Positions 38,481-52,347 of a stretch of 64,000 nucleotides of DNA are shown piece after piece. The translations under genes were made by a program, and so were the position numbers. Below the pieces are notes generated by a model. That model was not told the DNA's origin. It did no database searches and saw only the letters and a list, made by a program, of their open reading frames with translations. Location: the NCBI GenBank assembly GCA_951406725.2, contig OX597834.1, positions 18,166,001 to 18,230,000 of the forward strand, read 5' to 3'. The DNA comes from Octopus vulgaris (lineage: Eukaryota). Position 1 is the first letter of the stretch. Each line of letters opens with the position of its first letter.

Positions 38481-39901
38481 GTATTTCACCTTGCTAGACT
38501 TGCTGTCTATACAATGTTTGTGTGATATACGTGAGGTATGGAATAAAGATACAGTATTTGTCACCAAATTACAACCAGAAGTTCAAACCTTTTCTATAAC
38601 CAGTATATTTTATATTTCAGTAGCACGCCTAGCATCACCATTGCTTCAATGTATCTTACTACTTTCTGATTTAGTGTTTGGTGGAAGATAAACTACTCAG
38701 CAGTAAAGATACTTGCTTAAATAGTTTGAAAATGAAGTGTTATCTATTACCTATGTTACTGATATAGAAAAACAGTTAAGAGGTTTACTTCCCAACCACA
38801 TAGTTTCGGGTTCTGTCTCGCTGTGTTCATCTTCAACAAGTGTCTTCTATAGCTCCAAGTTGACCAAAGCCTAGTGAGTGGATTTGGTCAAGCCGGCCGT
38901 TTGCCAGCCTCGTCTGGCACCTGTGCCGGTGGCACGTAAAATGCACCCACTACACTCATGGAGTGGTTGGCGTTAGGAAGGGCATCCAGCCGTAGAAACA
39001 TTGCCAGATCAGACTGGGCCTGGTGCAGCCTTCTGGCTTCCCAGACCCCAGTTGCACCGTCCAACCCATGCTAGCATGGAAAGCGGATGCTAAATGATGA
39101 TGATGATGATGGTGGAAACTGAAAGAAACCTGTGTGTGTGCGTGTGTTTGTGTTTGTGTGTGTGTGTGAGACACCATGTGTTTATTGTAAATGAATGTCA
39201 TTCATTTCCAATATTTTGTGAAAACATGTCTGATGATGAGAAAATGTTGCCTTGCTTGGAAATGGGTGAGGGTAGATGACAGGAAAGGCATCCAGCTGTA
39301 GAAAATCTGCCTCAATAAACTCCATCCAACCCATGCAAGCATGGAAAAGTGGATGCTAAAAACCAATGATGATGGTGATTTCAAATGTTTGGTTGTGTCA
39401 AGAACAGTTGCTCTTCACAGAAACTTTTCTATAGTATTCCATAAATACAGCAACTATTCTATGTAGATATGAACTACACATTTGATTGTAGGTCTTGATT
39501 GATTGCATGGTTTTCATACCAGCTAAACTTCATTTTTCTCCCCTTTGTATTTCTTAAAGCATGGAGTTACAGCCAAGTATTGAACTTGAAACCCTATGTT
39601 TTAACAACTGTTTTACTCCTATCATATGACTGAGACAGTGAGGAAAGAGCTATGTGGTTACTTGACTTGCTAGAAGTACCAAGCTAATGTCCTTCAACTC
39701 ATACCCTACTGTCTTAAAAGAAGATAATGTAGTCCTGTAGTCCAACATGACTTTCAAGATTTTATTTTCCTCCTCACCTAAATACAATGTTTGAATATCT
39801 TTAATCCTTTAGAGTGCCACAACTGTAACATTTAACCTATAAAAGTTATTTGGAAAGAGAGCCCTACCATTAAAAAACTTCTTTTTTTTTCTTGTTTTTA
39901 G

Positions 39902-39973
39902 TCAACCTGACTATGATTGTGCCATACTTGAACAAATTGAAGAATACAGCAACAATATTATGGATGCTCCAAG
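39902..39973 (+). CDS. CASD1: CASD1 exon E: (V)NLTMIVPYLNKLKNTATILWMLQ
   Basis: tttttag| and |gtaaac; 72 nt, phase 1 to 1; N.T.I.P.L..L.....W.LQ pattern. Confidence 0.9.
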
Positions 39974-40475
39974 GTAAACTATTTATTGTCATCTTGTAAG
40001 AAATAGACTTCATGATTTCTTTAAGAATAATTTCTTCAGTCTAGATATAAGGTTTAATTAAATATATGAATGCATGTATGTATGTGTATGTACACACACC
40101 ATCCATCCATTCTGGGTTCCATTACTGACACTCTTGCAGAAGTGCCATCAGCATCTATGGAGTGATCATACTCGGACATGAGTTGACTTCTAGAATATAT
40201 ATTATGTAAATACTTCATTGAAGCAAACCAATATAGGAGTCTCTATGTGATCACTTGACCTCCTAGAAAAAGCAACCTGTCTTCCTCAAATCAAACCCTA
40301 CTGTTTTAAAAAGTATACATTGAATAATATAATGCAGAAGATACTGTGTCTGAAAGAAAAATGGGATGGCTATGGCTAGAGAGCCTTTGATCAAGGTTAT
40401 CTTGGAGTTAAGCAACAACTTTATTTGATAGTGTGGTTCTAAAGCTTTAGATTTTGTATTTTATTTTCATCTCAG

Positions 40476-40566
40476 ATCCAGTCAACGAAGAGAAGCTATC
40501 AGTGAATCGTTCAATGATAACCAACCAACAGATAGATGACTACAATAAAGTGGCCATCCAGATATT
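40476..40566 (+). CDS. CASD1: CASD1 exon F: (D)PVNEEKLSVNRSMITNQQIDDYNKVAIQI(L)
   Basis: ctcag| and |gtgagt; 91 nt, phase 1 to 2; QDPV.E..LS.NR.MITN..ID.YN motif. Confidence 0.93.
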
Positions 40567-41220
40567 GTGAGTAGTTCAACTTGTTATTAATTCTTGCTTT
40601 CTCTTTTAACAGTAACTGCAAGTTTTCTGAACTGTTATATTATTTCAATGGTTTAGCAAAGTTTTGATGTTTCCGAGGGTCAACGTCAAGAAATATAATG
40701 ATAGATGATGAATCTAGAGAAAAGGTGACTGAATAATTCCAGTAATACAGAGAAGAGGGCAGGGTACTGAACAATGCCAATAGTACAGAGAAAGGGTGAT
40801 GTAACGAGTACAGACAAAGAGACATTGAACAAAGCTACTAGTACAGAGAAAGCAGGGCCTAAACAATGCCTTTAGTTCAGAGAAAGGAGACTGAAGGAGA
40901 TAATAATGTTCCTGGAATAAGTAATCAAATACTAAAAGTACCTCTTGGGTTATTCCTGATGATTGTCTCTGAGAGCCAGAGCTTAACTCCAGATTTGATA
41001 GCAAGAAATAAATGAGAGATGAATTTGTCTCTTGATTAAATGTCCATCTATTATAGGCAGTACTTGTAGGGATTTTTCTTTAATGATTTAGAGAAGGACT
41101 GACAGTACCCATACCCTTTTTCAGGGCCTCTGCGACTGGGAACCTGATTCAAATACTTGCAACAGAGTGGACTCTATGAAAGGCACTAGAGTGGTATTAA
41201 ACCAGGTAGTAGTTTAAGTC

Positions 41221-41450
41221 AGCGAGCTAGCAGAAACGTTAGCACGCCGGGCGAAATGCTTAGCGGTATTTCGTCTGCCGTTACGTTGTGAGTTTGAATT
41301 CCGCCAAGGTCGACTTTGCCTTTCATCCTTTCGGGGTCGATAAATTAAGTACCAGTTACGCACTGGGGTCGATGTAAGCGACTTAATACCTATGTCTGTC
41401 CTTGTTTGTCCCCTCTGTGTTTAGCCCCTTGTGGGTAATAAAGAAATAGG
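41221..41450 (+). mobile_element. SINE family B with a 17-bp TSD
   Basis: AGGTAGTAGTTTAAGTC at 41204-41220 and 41448-41464. Confidence 0.9.
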
Positions 41451-41616
41451 TAGTAGTTTAAGTCTACCACCCAGATTCCCAACAGCTTGGTTGGCTGAAG
41501 CAACATAGAATAAATTATTCTACAAAGAAACAAAATGATGCTTACAGCATTTTTTTAGCTCCTCACTCAATATCATTTCCACTTTTCCAACTAATTGTAT
41601 TTGGTTTTGCTTTCAG

Positions 41617-41722
41617 GGATAACAGTGCTGCTAGCATTTGGAGTTCATCACGTTTGGTTGGACAAGGCCTGAAGAAAGAATCTGTTGACGGCCTTCACAT
41701 TCCAAGTTCTGCTTTAGAACTG
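41617..41722 (+). CDS. CASD1: CASD1 exon G with the catalytic DxxH motif: DNSAASIWSSSRLVGQGLKKESVDGLHIPSSALEL
   Basis: tttcag| and |gtaagt; 106 nt, phase 2 to 0; ES.DGLH (DGLH at 41687-41698). Confidence 0.94.
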
Positions 41723-42850
41723 GTAAGTTTTAAGTTTGTTTGTTTTTGTTTTCTAGCATCATCATCACAGTTACCACCACTACCACACAACCATCATCAT
41801 TGTCATCATTACATAGTCTGGCAGAATTTTCACTTTTCTGTGTTTAGCTAAGTTTCAAATTCCACTGGTATCAGTCTTGTTTTACATACCTCTGGGGCTT
41901 CTAAATTAATAATAGTCATATACTAAGGCCAATTTAGTCAGCTATTTCCCTCTTATATATTGTGGCCTGGTGCAAATTTTAGCAGTCATTGAACACGGTC
42001 TTTATAGCTTATAATCTTCACCGTTACAAGAATTACATTGTCTCTATGAGAGCTCTGTTGTTAAGTCTCTGCCAGAACTGCCTAATGTCTCTCTCTTCCA
42101 TTCCCCAATAATTCCCAGCACAAATTGTAATGGGAAACACATTCCATAAACTATTTTCTCTTCCTTTCCCTTCTCTCTCTTATCTCTTTTTCTCCCATAG
42201 TATAAAGAACCCCTTTTGGTCATGAATGACCATGTAATTGCACCTAAAATCTTCCCCTCTGAGGCACCAGTCCAGGCAAGATTGTTTACGGAAGATCAGT
42301 CACCCATGCATACCAGCCTCCCCTCTCCAAGCCACCGATGTTATCCAAGGGAAAGGCAAAGGCCAATACATCTTGGCACAAGTGATATCACAATTCATTT
42401 CTACAGCTCAGTGAAAGAGAGCAACATGAAATAAGTGTTTTGCTCAGAAATAACATACAACCCAGTCCATAAACTGAACTCACTACCTCGTGATTATGAG
42501 CCCGACGTTCTAACCATTAAGCCGTGCTCCTTCACTGCTCTAAATACCTCGATATTTAACTTTCAAATGGTCAATCCACTTGGCTGTAAATAGATATCAC
42601 AGGATATATACAATTCACAGTGCCATGCCTCTTCAATAATGATTAAAGATTGATTAGATGTGCTCCACATTAAGTACTGGGGTTGAAATAATTTATAAAC
42701 CTTTGTAAGTGGTGTCCAGCTTGGCTGAAACCAGTCATTGTATAACAAAAATAGAGAAATACATGTGTGTGTCAACCATAAGTTTATAGACTTTGTAAAG
42801 TTATTTGGCGTTAATTATTGACTTGTATATTTGTTTTATTTTCTGTACAG

Positions 42851-42975
42851 GATGCCCAAATATTGTTCAATATGTATTGCAATAACCATATGAACTACAA
42901 TGATGGAACCTGCTGTCGGAGTCCAGATCCAGTTTCTACTCTCCAATTGATTACAGCAGCTACTTTCTTAGTCAT
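42851..42975 (+). CDS. CASD1: CASD1 exon H: DAQILFNMYCNNHMNYNDGTCCRSPDPVSTLQLITAATFLV(I)
   Basis: gtacag| and |gtaatg; 125 nt, phase 0 to 2; IL.N.YCN......DG.CC motif marks the start of the membrane Cas1_AcylT region. Confidence 0.93.
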
Positions 42976-44128
42976 GTAATGTGAACACCTTCCTTGTTTT
43001 CTTTTAATTTTTTTCATATACTGCAGTAGAATGGCTGAAATAGCAGACTGTTGGATTAAATGTCTCCCAATATTTAGTGAGGTCTCCCAATATTTCTCAG
43101 TTCAAATCCTACTGGATTTTTTTTGATTTCATTTGATTTTGTTTTTGTATGGAGGAATCACTTGACCTAAAGTTGAATATTGATTGAACTATTTTATTAG
43201 TTAATTGTTTGATTGAACAAACATTACTTTCAACTTTTCTAAATTCTCTTCATTTCTCTTCTTAGTTTTAACTCTTGTCAATTCCAACCCATCTGTGACC
43301 ACTCATGCTAAAGTACTCCTGTTTATATTAAATCTGTCTCTTTCAAAATTGCATCATAGCATAAAAGATATCATGATATTTTGATCATTGCCAATATAAT
43401 ATCTACAAATATATTCATCATCATCATCGTTTAGCGTCCGCTTTCCATGCTAGCATGGGTTGGACGGTTCAACTGGGGTCTGGGAGCCAGAAGGCTGCAC
43501 CAGGCCCAGTCTGATCTGGCAATGTTTCTACGGCTGGATGCCCTTCCTAACGCCAACCACTCCGTGAGTGTAGTGGGTGTTTTTTACGTGCCACTGGCAC
43601 AGGTGCCAGACTAGGGTGGCAAATGGCCACGATCGGAAGGTGCTTTTTACGTGCCACCGGCACGAGGCCAGTCGGGGCGGCACTGGCAACGGCCACGTTC
43701 GGATGGTTCTTATTAAACCTCTAAAAATGTTTGATTATACAGAAAATTACTTGGAACATGTAGGTAATTTATATATTTGAAATATTGTCACAAAAGACTT
43801 AAAGTAACCAAGAAGCCATAAAACAGGAAATACTCACTCAAACAGTGACAATTCTACAATTTTGTCTGCTTCAACTTTGACTCTAGACTCCACATTGATA
43901 TCTAGTGAAGAGTGACTAAATTGCAGAATTGTGATTATTTCAGTTAGGTAGGACAAAGAAAACAGAGTAATATATCTTGTCTAGTGAACACAGTAGAGTT
44001 ACTTTAAAGGATATAAAAAGACATTTAATCTGGCGCTCTTCTATTTACATCATCATTCCTCTTTATTGTTTCTTAAATTTTGTAATAGAACTCAAAATGA
44101 TTTTTTATTCGATGTCTCTAATTTTCAG

Positions 44129-44202
44129 TATCATATCAGCCATAGCATTATGGATCTATCGCAGAAGAAAAACACGCAGGAATGGAGTTAAGGCACGTGC
44201 AG
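44129..44202 (+). CDS. CASD1: CASD1 exon I: IISAIALWIYRRRKTRRNGVKARA
   Basis: ttttcag| and |gtgagt; 74 nt, phase 2 to 1; end of a TM helix followed by a basic cluster; phases fit both neighbours. Confidence 0.85.
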
Positions 44203-45430
44203 GTGAGTTATAATTCTCCATTCTAGTACAGAAAAATATGTTCATGTGCAATGATTTATTATAATGTCCTCTCCACATTTCCTTTCACTTGAGTAGACTG
44301 TTGATCAATCCTTAGCTGTTTCCAAGCAAGGTAGTATTTGCTCATGGAAGACTAGAAACAAACAACATTGCTTGTATGGTAGTGATGGTCATTTATGGTC
44401 ATCACATGATGTCAAGACACACACACACATACACACACAACAAGCTTCTTTCAGTCTTTGTCAACCAAATTCACTCAAAGGCTTTGATTTACTAGGGGCT
44501 ACAGTGGAAGACACTTGCCCAAGGTACCACACAGTGAGGCTGAACCCAAAACCACATGGTTGGAAAGCAATTTTCTTTAGCACACATACGCAGCCGCATC
44601 TATTAAAAATATAGAGTACATAATATGATTTGAGAGACACTGTTTGTAAAAGAGATGGGATGATCATGGCTGGAGTGTCTTATCATAAACCTACTTGGAT
44701 CTACACAACAATAACTGTTCTGTTCTGAAGTCCTTATCCAGCAATATCAGTTATTTCTATCAGTTATTAACCCTGAAACCCATAGAATGTATGAATCTAC
44801 ATGACACTTTATATCATCAACAACCCCTCAGTCTTAATTCTATTATTACTGAAGAACTTGTTGGTTTGGCTGAATCATTAGAGTGTGGGGCAAAATGTCT
44901 TGTTAAAGTTAAATCTACAGATTTTCTATAGAAATTATAGCCAGCACTATTTTGTTATATTTCGTATCTGAGATAGCTGAAAAATGTTTAATGGGTGTAT
45001 ATGCCATTTTCCAGGAAATGCCTGAAATATGGGATATATGCCTACCACCCATTCTTTCATCTTCAGTCACATTTACATCAAGTGGCTTAGATACGAAATG
45101 TCGTAACAAAACCAGTGCTGGTTATAATTTCTATACAAAGAGATTCTAACAAGAGATGCAGTAGTGCTGCTAACAGAGTAGAACACAGAATTGATTTATA
45201 AAAGCATTTAATATACCTTGTAGTATATTATGGTGCATAACAAAATATGGTGTCCCTACAGGTAATTAAAATGTCTTGTGTTATTTCGCTATTATTTATA
45301 GCTTTATACATGCTCTGAGATCCAGTTCCTAGAAATATTGATCTGTTTAATTTTCATCCATTTTACAGAAGATTCATTTTGTAAGAATTCTGGAAGAGAC
45401 TAAATTACACTTTTTGTTTTTTTTTTTTAG

Positions 45431-45551
45431 AAAATGGTCCACGGAATGGACAGACCAACTCACAGAACAATAGTAGTGATGGCTGCCAAGAAATTGTCAA
45501 CCATTTGGCTAAGCTGGGAATTATAATGTTTTATTTTTATCTCTGTGACAG
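45431..45551 (+). CDS. CASD1: CASD1 exon J: (E)NGPRNGQTNSQNNSSDGCQEIVNHLAKLGIIMFYFYLCD(R)
   Basis: poly-T ag| and |gtaact; 121 nt, phase 1 to 2; KLG.IM.YFY.CDR motif. Confidence 0.92.
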
Positions 45552-47226
45552 GTAACTTTTCCTTTTATTATTTTATTTCATTATTATTATTTATTATATT
45601 GTTATATTTATTAATGTAACATTGTTGAATAACTACCATTCGAGCCAGTTCTCTTCAAATGAACAAACCTTTGACAATTTACTCTATTAAACATTTGCTA
45701 GCGATCCGCATATTTCAACTATGTATCAATCAATATGGCCTGAGACAACTTTAGTTACCCTCTCGTATAATGCTTGGTTTATGTGTTGGATAGTTTTGAT
45801 ATTTTGTGAAAAAGAGCTGCAACCAGGCAAGTGCAATGGGTGTTGGTTGAAGGTCTTTAGATTGTATCTTATATCCAGGGATTCACTTTGGCCATGGTCA
45901 GAACACTCAACTTTCACTGGCAATGTATAATTAATTGATGAATGATTGTTACAGGCTCAAAGCTAATGAGAGAGCTTTAAAATAGTCACTTAACCTGCTA
46001 GATATAGCAGCCAAATCTTCAAGTCACTCTATCGTCCTAACAAAAGACACATTGTTTAATGTAGTCTGGAAATCCTTTGCTTGAGCAATGCCTGCTTGGG
46101 TCTAAACTACTACCACAGAAGAGTCTAAACAACCTCCTCAGAAGACATTGCAACTTTGTCATTGTATCCTTTGAAAAGTCTACATTCACAACTTCATACA
46201 CATCAAGGTTTGCTTTGGCTTAGTGGTGATGAAATAGCAATGGAGTTGCAGCCTCATAAAGACTTGAAATCAGCACTACAATTTCATTACACATTCAGTG
46301 ATTGCTATGACAAAGCAGGCAATTGGAGCCTGGCAGCTCTCTGGCTGGCCAGCTCCTGTCAAACTGTCTAACCCATGCCAGCATGGAAAACGCATGTTGA
46401 ATGACGATGATGAGAATGATGATGCTCCCACAGTGTACTGTATGGTACCTATTCTTGGGAATGTAACATGTAATGTATGATAGATTCTCAAGTGACCTTA
46501 GTTGTTGTATTTGACATTGGTGTCTGTGAAGCTCATGTTTGCTAAAATCCTAAATACTTAGATCTTATGTATAGATAGGTGAATATTATTGAATATGAAA
46601 ATAAATATGTATAACTCAGTGACATTGGTAAATATAACTGATTATTTTTTTTGTCCTCCCACCAATTTGATCTTTGTTTTGTGTAATCACCTTTAATGCT
46701 TTTAATCCCAACTTGATTGCAATCATTTCTAGTCTTGTGACATAAAATTATCCATTTTAAAGTGTTTGTATTTGAGGTAAAGTCTTCCTCATAATTTTAT
46801 ATCAGAACCTTTTGTTGAAGTATATTCTTGACACCATAATAATGGAAAATGTTTGTCATTTTACTAAATCCCTCCAAATCATTGAATTTACCTGTTGCTC
46901 AGTTTAGCAACACCACCCAGTCATTGAGTGTATTTAGCAGAGTCCACCCTATTGTAAGCATTCAAACCAGGTTTCAGATCTTATATTACTACAGTGTCTG
47001 CATGATGATGGTTTCTTCAGACCTTTCCCTCACCAAGAAACCTTGCAAAAGACCATGGATGCTGTCTTTAAGTCATAACAGTTTTCTTTCCTTATTTTCA
47101 AATTTAATTGTAAAATATAGGCGATGGATTTCACTAGAAATGGGGTCATAAAAGGATTAAACCATTCTTTTCCATTACAAACTTTGACAGTTTGACCTGT
47201 AACTTTTTCACTTTGTTCCTTTTCAG

Positions 47227-47335
47227 GACCAACTTCTTCATGAAAGAAAACAAGTATTACACTCATGTCAACTTTTTCCTTCCATTTGCTTATGTCATGA
47301 TTTTGGGTTTCTTTTTCACTGAACCAACAGAACAG
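47227..47335 (+). CDS. CASD1: CASD1 exon K: TNFFMKENKYYTHVNFFLPFAYVMILGFFFTEPTEQ
   Basis: tttcag| and |gtaaga; 109 nt, phase 2 to 0; N.FMKENK.YTH..FF.P motif. Confidence 0.94.
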
Positions 47336-47581
47336 GTAAGAACATATGTTGCTGGTTGTTCTGCTTGTTGCTTTGTTTTTGACTTCTTAATTAAAAAAAT
47401 GCACAGAGTTCAATTCCTGGTCATGTTTGTTTGCTCCATTAATGACTAAAGAGGAAGTATGAACACCATAATTCCTGTTTCTTCATCTACTAAATTAATT
47501 AGTGCTTCTTGATTAATGACCAATAAAGGTCAAGAATTTTTACTATTTATCAAAGGCATACTAAGGTATAAATAATTTGTA

Positions 47582-47815
47582 AGGCGGCGAGCTGGCAGAA
47601 GCGTTAGCACGCCAGGCGAAATGCTTTGCGGTATTTTGTCTGCTGTTACATTCTAAGTTCAAATTCCGCCGAGGTCGACTTTGCCTTTCATCCTTTCGGG
47701 GTCAATAAATTAAGTACCAGTTATGCACTGAGGTCAGTGTAATCGACTTAATCCCTTTGTCTCTCCTTGTTTCTCCTTTCTGTGTTTAGCCCCTTGTGGG
47801 TAGTAAAGAAATAGG
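47582..47815 (+). mobile_element. SINE family B with an 18-bp TSD
   Basis: AGGTATAAATAATTTGTA at 47564-47581 and 47813-47830. Confidence 0.9.
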
Positions 47816-48291
47816 TATAAATAATTTGTATGACACTATACTCTTTTGAAGTTGTCAGATGTGCACTACTCTTCACTTAAACTCATAGTGAGAATTGCCA
47901 CAGGCATTGCTCTGTGTCTGAGAAGTTTACTTAGAAATTACGTGATCTGGTCTCAATCCCACCATGTAACACCTTGAGTATTTTCTGCTACAGCCACAAG
48001 TTGACCAACATCTTGTGAGTGGAAATTACTAGACACAAACTGTGTTGAAGTTCATTTAAGTATTTGTGTGTGCATGTGTTTCATCTCAAATCACTTTCTA
48101 TCTGATGAACCCTTTGAAAGACCCTGGAAGCTGCTTTCCCTCCTCTAAGCCATAGCATTTTTAAAAAAAACACTTGATTATTTTCTAAGTTAATTGTACA
48201 TTGGTGAAGGACATATGTCAGTTTTTCTAGATATTTGTCTTGAAATTATTGCAGCTGGTAATGTTAAAGTGTATTTGTATGTTGTTTGCAG

Positions 48292-48381
48292 ACAAGTGTA
48301 TTACATAGAGATCAAACAGATGAATGGAAGGGTTGGATGCAGTTAATCATCTTAATTTACCATTTTACTGGAGCAAGCCAA
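48292..48381 (+). CDS. CASD1: CASD1 exon L: [30 protein letters not shown]
   Basis: ttgcag| and |gtaagt; 90 nt, phase 0 to 0; [11 protein letters not shown]...L.YH is the Cas1p/RWA family signature. Confidence 0.96.
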
Positions 48382-49640
48382 GTAAGTTACCTTTTCACAA
48401 TTTTTCTTTGTTTCATACACTCTACAGGCCACAATACAAAATACTTAGCCAGAGTCATCAAGAATCCCTTTTATTCTAATAGCTTCTTTCCCCAAACTGC
48501 TGCTTTCTGGAATTAGTTACCACCATCTTGTTCTCCTCTGGTTATTGATATTCAATCCTTTAACCCTTTCATTACCAACCCGGCTGAAATCGCCTCTGGC
48601 CCTGTAGTACAAATATCTTGTTTTCATAAGTTTTGAATTAAAATCTTCCACCAAACCTTAGTCACAATTTATGTTCCTAACACTAGCTTAATGATCATGA
48701 AGTTATTTTACTAAATTCTTTGTTACGTCTAAAATAATTGAAAGAAACCCAGAACATCTCAAAATAAATACGGTAACGAAAGGGTTAAGCTTTCTGTGAA
48801 TTGATATATTTTGAATTTGTGGGTCCCTTCTTTCACTTCTTTGTAGTCCCTTATGCTATGATGGTTTCAAGCCTTTTTATGGTACAAAAGCGAATAAAAG
48901 AAAAGTGCCATTCAATGGGATTGAGCCTGTAGCCATGTGATTGCAAAGTGAATTAGTGAACCACATGGCTAGACCTTATGTGCCCTACACAGTACCCTGA
49001 AAAGTCAATGGTGAGTCCCATCAAACATTGTAATGGATTCATTGAAGATTTTGCCTTCAAACCAGCCCAGTGGAAGCTATCTCTTTTATATCCATAGGAA
49101 GAGATGAACTCACTACCACATGCTAATGGAGCACTCATGTATCTCAGTACTGTTTCAACACACCACAAGGAGTTGTTCCATACATTGTGGGACCTATTTA
49201 CAGCCAGGTGAACTAGAGTGTTCATACTCTCTTAAACTTCATCTTTCTTTATAAATTAATTTGTGTTCAACTGTGGGGCATGGCTAAACACACCGTTTGA
49301 ACTAGGGTGTACACCTTGTTACCCCCCCCCTCCCTTCATTGCTTAATTCCTTTTTTTTGTCTTTGTTTTCTGCTGAAGGATTTTTGAGGGTGGCTATTTT
49401 GGTGGTTGAATTCTGATTGCTGTTATATTTTTCTAAAGCAAAAGATTGCCTTAATTTTTCAATAATTTAATCTTTTATATTTTCATTTTTTTCTTTTAAT
49501 CAATCTATCTTTTTGTGCTCAAATGTAGGTAGAGCCCCCTTTTTGACACAACAATTTAGTTATTTAAATTTAAAACAAAAAGAAACTGCTTAAACATGTT
49601 GTAATCCTTATCTCTCTCTCTCTCTTTTTTTTTCCTCTAG

Positions 49641-49760
49641 GTTTTGCCAATCTACATGCATATTCGAGTTTTAGTCTCTTCATATCTCTTCCTCTCAGGA
49701 TACGGTCATTTCACATATTTCTGGCAGAAAGGAGAGTATGGTCTTTTCCGCTATTGCCAG
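49641..49760 (+). CDS. CASD1: CASD1 exon M (last found in window): VLPIYMHIRVLVSSYLFLSGYGHFTYFWQKGEYGLFRYCQ
   Basis: ctctag| and |gtagga; 120 nt, phase 0 to 0; YMHIRVLV..YLF..GYGHF.YFW.KG motif; the following exon was not found before 64000. Confidence 0.95.
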
Positions 49761-50084
49761 GTAGGACATACTTTTCTTTTATCCCAAGATTTGGGTTCTT
49801 TGTTTCATTGTCCAATTCTTATCACTTCTTTTATCTTTTGTTTTACTTGTTTCAGTCATTAAACTGTGGCCATGTTGGGGCACCACCTTGAAAAATTTTT
49901 AGTTGAATGAATTGATCTCAGTACTTTTTTTTTTCTTTACTTGATATTTATTCTATTGGTCTCTTTTGCCAGACTGCTAAGTTACAGGGAGATGTAAGCA
50001 TGCTAACACTTGCAATTGCCATGTATTAATGTAAGATATTATCAATAAACAAATTATTATGCATTTTATTATTATCAAAAGGTA

Positions 50085-50761
50085 TTGGCTTGGCAGAACC
50101 AGTAGAGCACCCAACAAAATATCTTGTCATATTTAGTTATTTTCCATTGATCAGATCGACCGGAACACTCATCATCATAACCGAAGGAGTGCCAGTTAGA
50201 AACCATTAATAAAGAGTAATGGATTAGTTGAATTATTTGACCAAATAAATACCAGTTAAACACTGGGGTCAGTGTAAATAATTATCACCTCTCCTAAAAT
50301 TTACAGAAGTTTTCCTGTATAATAAATCAACAAGCTAGCAGAATCATGAGAGCACTGGGTAAAATATGTTGTGGTATTTCTTCCATCTCTTTCCATTTCT
50401 GAGTTCAGTTTTGCCTTTCATCTCTGGGTGGGGGGGCATTAAAATAAAGTACCAAGCAAATACTGATAGTCAATGGTATCAACTAATGCATTCTCTTAAA
50501 ACTGCTGGCCTTCTGCCTAAATCAGAACTATTAATATTATTATTATTAAGGTGTCGAGCTGGCAGAATCGTTAGCACACTGGGCGAAATGCTTAGTAACA
50601 TTTTGTTTGCTTTGACATTCTGAGTTCAAATTCTGCTGACATCGACTTTGCTTTTCATCCTTTCAGGGTCAATAGATTAAGTACCAGTTGATCTCTGGGG
50701 TCGATGTAATAAACTAGACCCCTCTCCCAAACTTTGAGACCTTGTGCTTATTGTAGAAAGG

Positions 50762-50802
<41 letters not shown>

Positions 50803-52299
50803 GGCAGCAAGCTGGTAGAATTATTAATATGCCAGACAAAATATTTAGTGACATTTCGTTTGTCTTTACCTTCTGAGTTCAAATTCCACGGTGGTTGACT
50901 TTGCTTTTCATCCTTTTGAGGTTGATAAAATAAGTAACTACCAGTCGAGTGCTAGGGTTGATGTTATTGACTTACTCCCTCCTTCGAAATTGCTGGCTTT
51001 GTGCCAAAATTTGAAGCCATTATTATTAGTATTACTATTCCTTATATTGTTGAAACTGATGGTTCAATTCGGAATCATTAGATTTAATTCTAGCTTGAGA
51101 TGATTCTTCTCGTGAATTTTCAGTAATAGAGGCAAAAATTTACTTTCTTTTCCCTGTCTTAATGTTTTGGGTTTCAACAGTTCAGTCTGTTCTGTTGTAC
51201 TGTGGAGAAAATATCTGAAGTTAAGAAGAAAAAACTGAATGAAGCACATATTTTAAATTTTATATCTTGTCTCGGTCATAAAAAAAAAAAAAAACTATCT
51301 TTGGCAGAGTTACCTTCCTTAGATACTGATATCTCAATTTGTACCTGATTAATGTTTTCATGGAGGAGACATTATATTAATTTTATTGTTGTTGTTTATT
51401 TTTGTCACTTCTTTTTAATTATAATAGATATATACAGTGGTTAATGTTTTTGGATAAACAATTCAGAAAGCAATTTTGAAATTTGCTTTGAATTCTGTAT
51501 GTGTCACTTATGATCCTTGGAAAAGGATAAATTTTACCATCTTCAATGTTCGTTTTTCTGTCTTTGCAATTCTTAGATTTCATATCTCTGTAAAGAGTGG
51601 CTGCTGCTGTTGTTGTTCTTGTTCTTGTTGTCATGATGAGCTAGCAAAATGCTAAGTGGCATTTCTGTCCTTTATGTGCTGAGTTCAAATTCTGCAGAGG
51701 TTGACTTTACTTTTCATCCTTTTGGGGTCAATAAAATAAGGACAAGTTGAGCATTGGGTTGGTGTAATTGGCTTACCCTGCCACCCCGTAATTGCTGGCC
51801 TTGTGTCAAAATTTGAAACCATTTTCATCATTATTATTATCATTGCTAAGGCAATGAGCTGGCAGAATTGTTAGCACGCTGAGTAAAATGCTTAGTGGTA
51901 TTTCGTCTGCCACTATGTTCTGAGTTCACATTCTGCTGAGGTCGACTTTGCCTTTTATCCTATTGGGGTCGATAAATTAAATACCAGTTATGTACTGGGG
52001 TTGATGTAATCAACAAGCCCCCCACTCTCCAAAATTTCAGGGCATGTACCTATAGTAGAAAGGATTATTATTATTATTATTACTAAAGTGGTGACCTGGC
52101 CGAATCATTAGCACACTGGGCAAAATGCTTAGTAGTATTTTGCCCGTCTCTATATTTCTGGGTTCAAATTCCGCCAAGGTCGACTTTGCCTTTCATCCTT
52201 TTGGGGTTGATAAATTAAATACCAGTAAAACACTGAGGTTGATGTAATCAACTAGTGCCCTCCCCACAAATTTCAGGCTTTGTGCCTTTAGTAGAAAGA

Positions 52300-52347
<48 letters not shown>

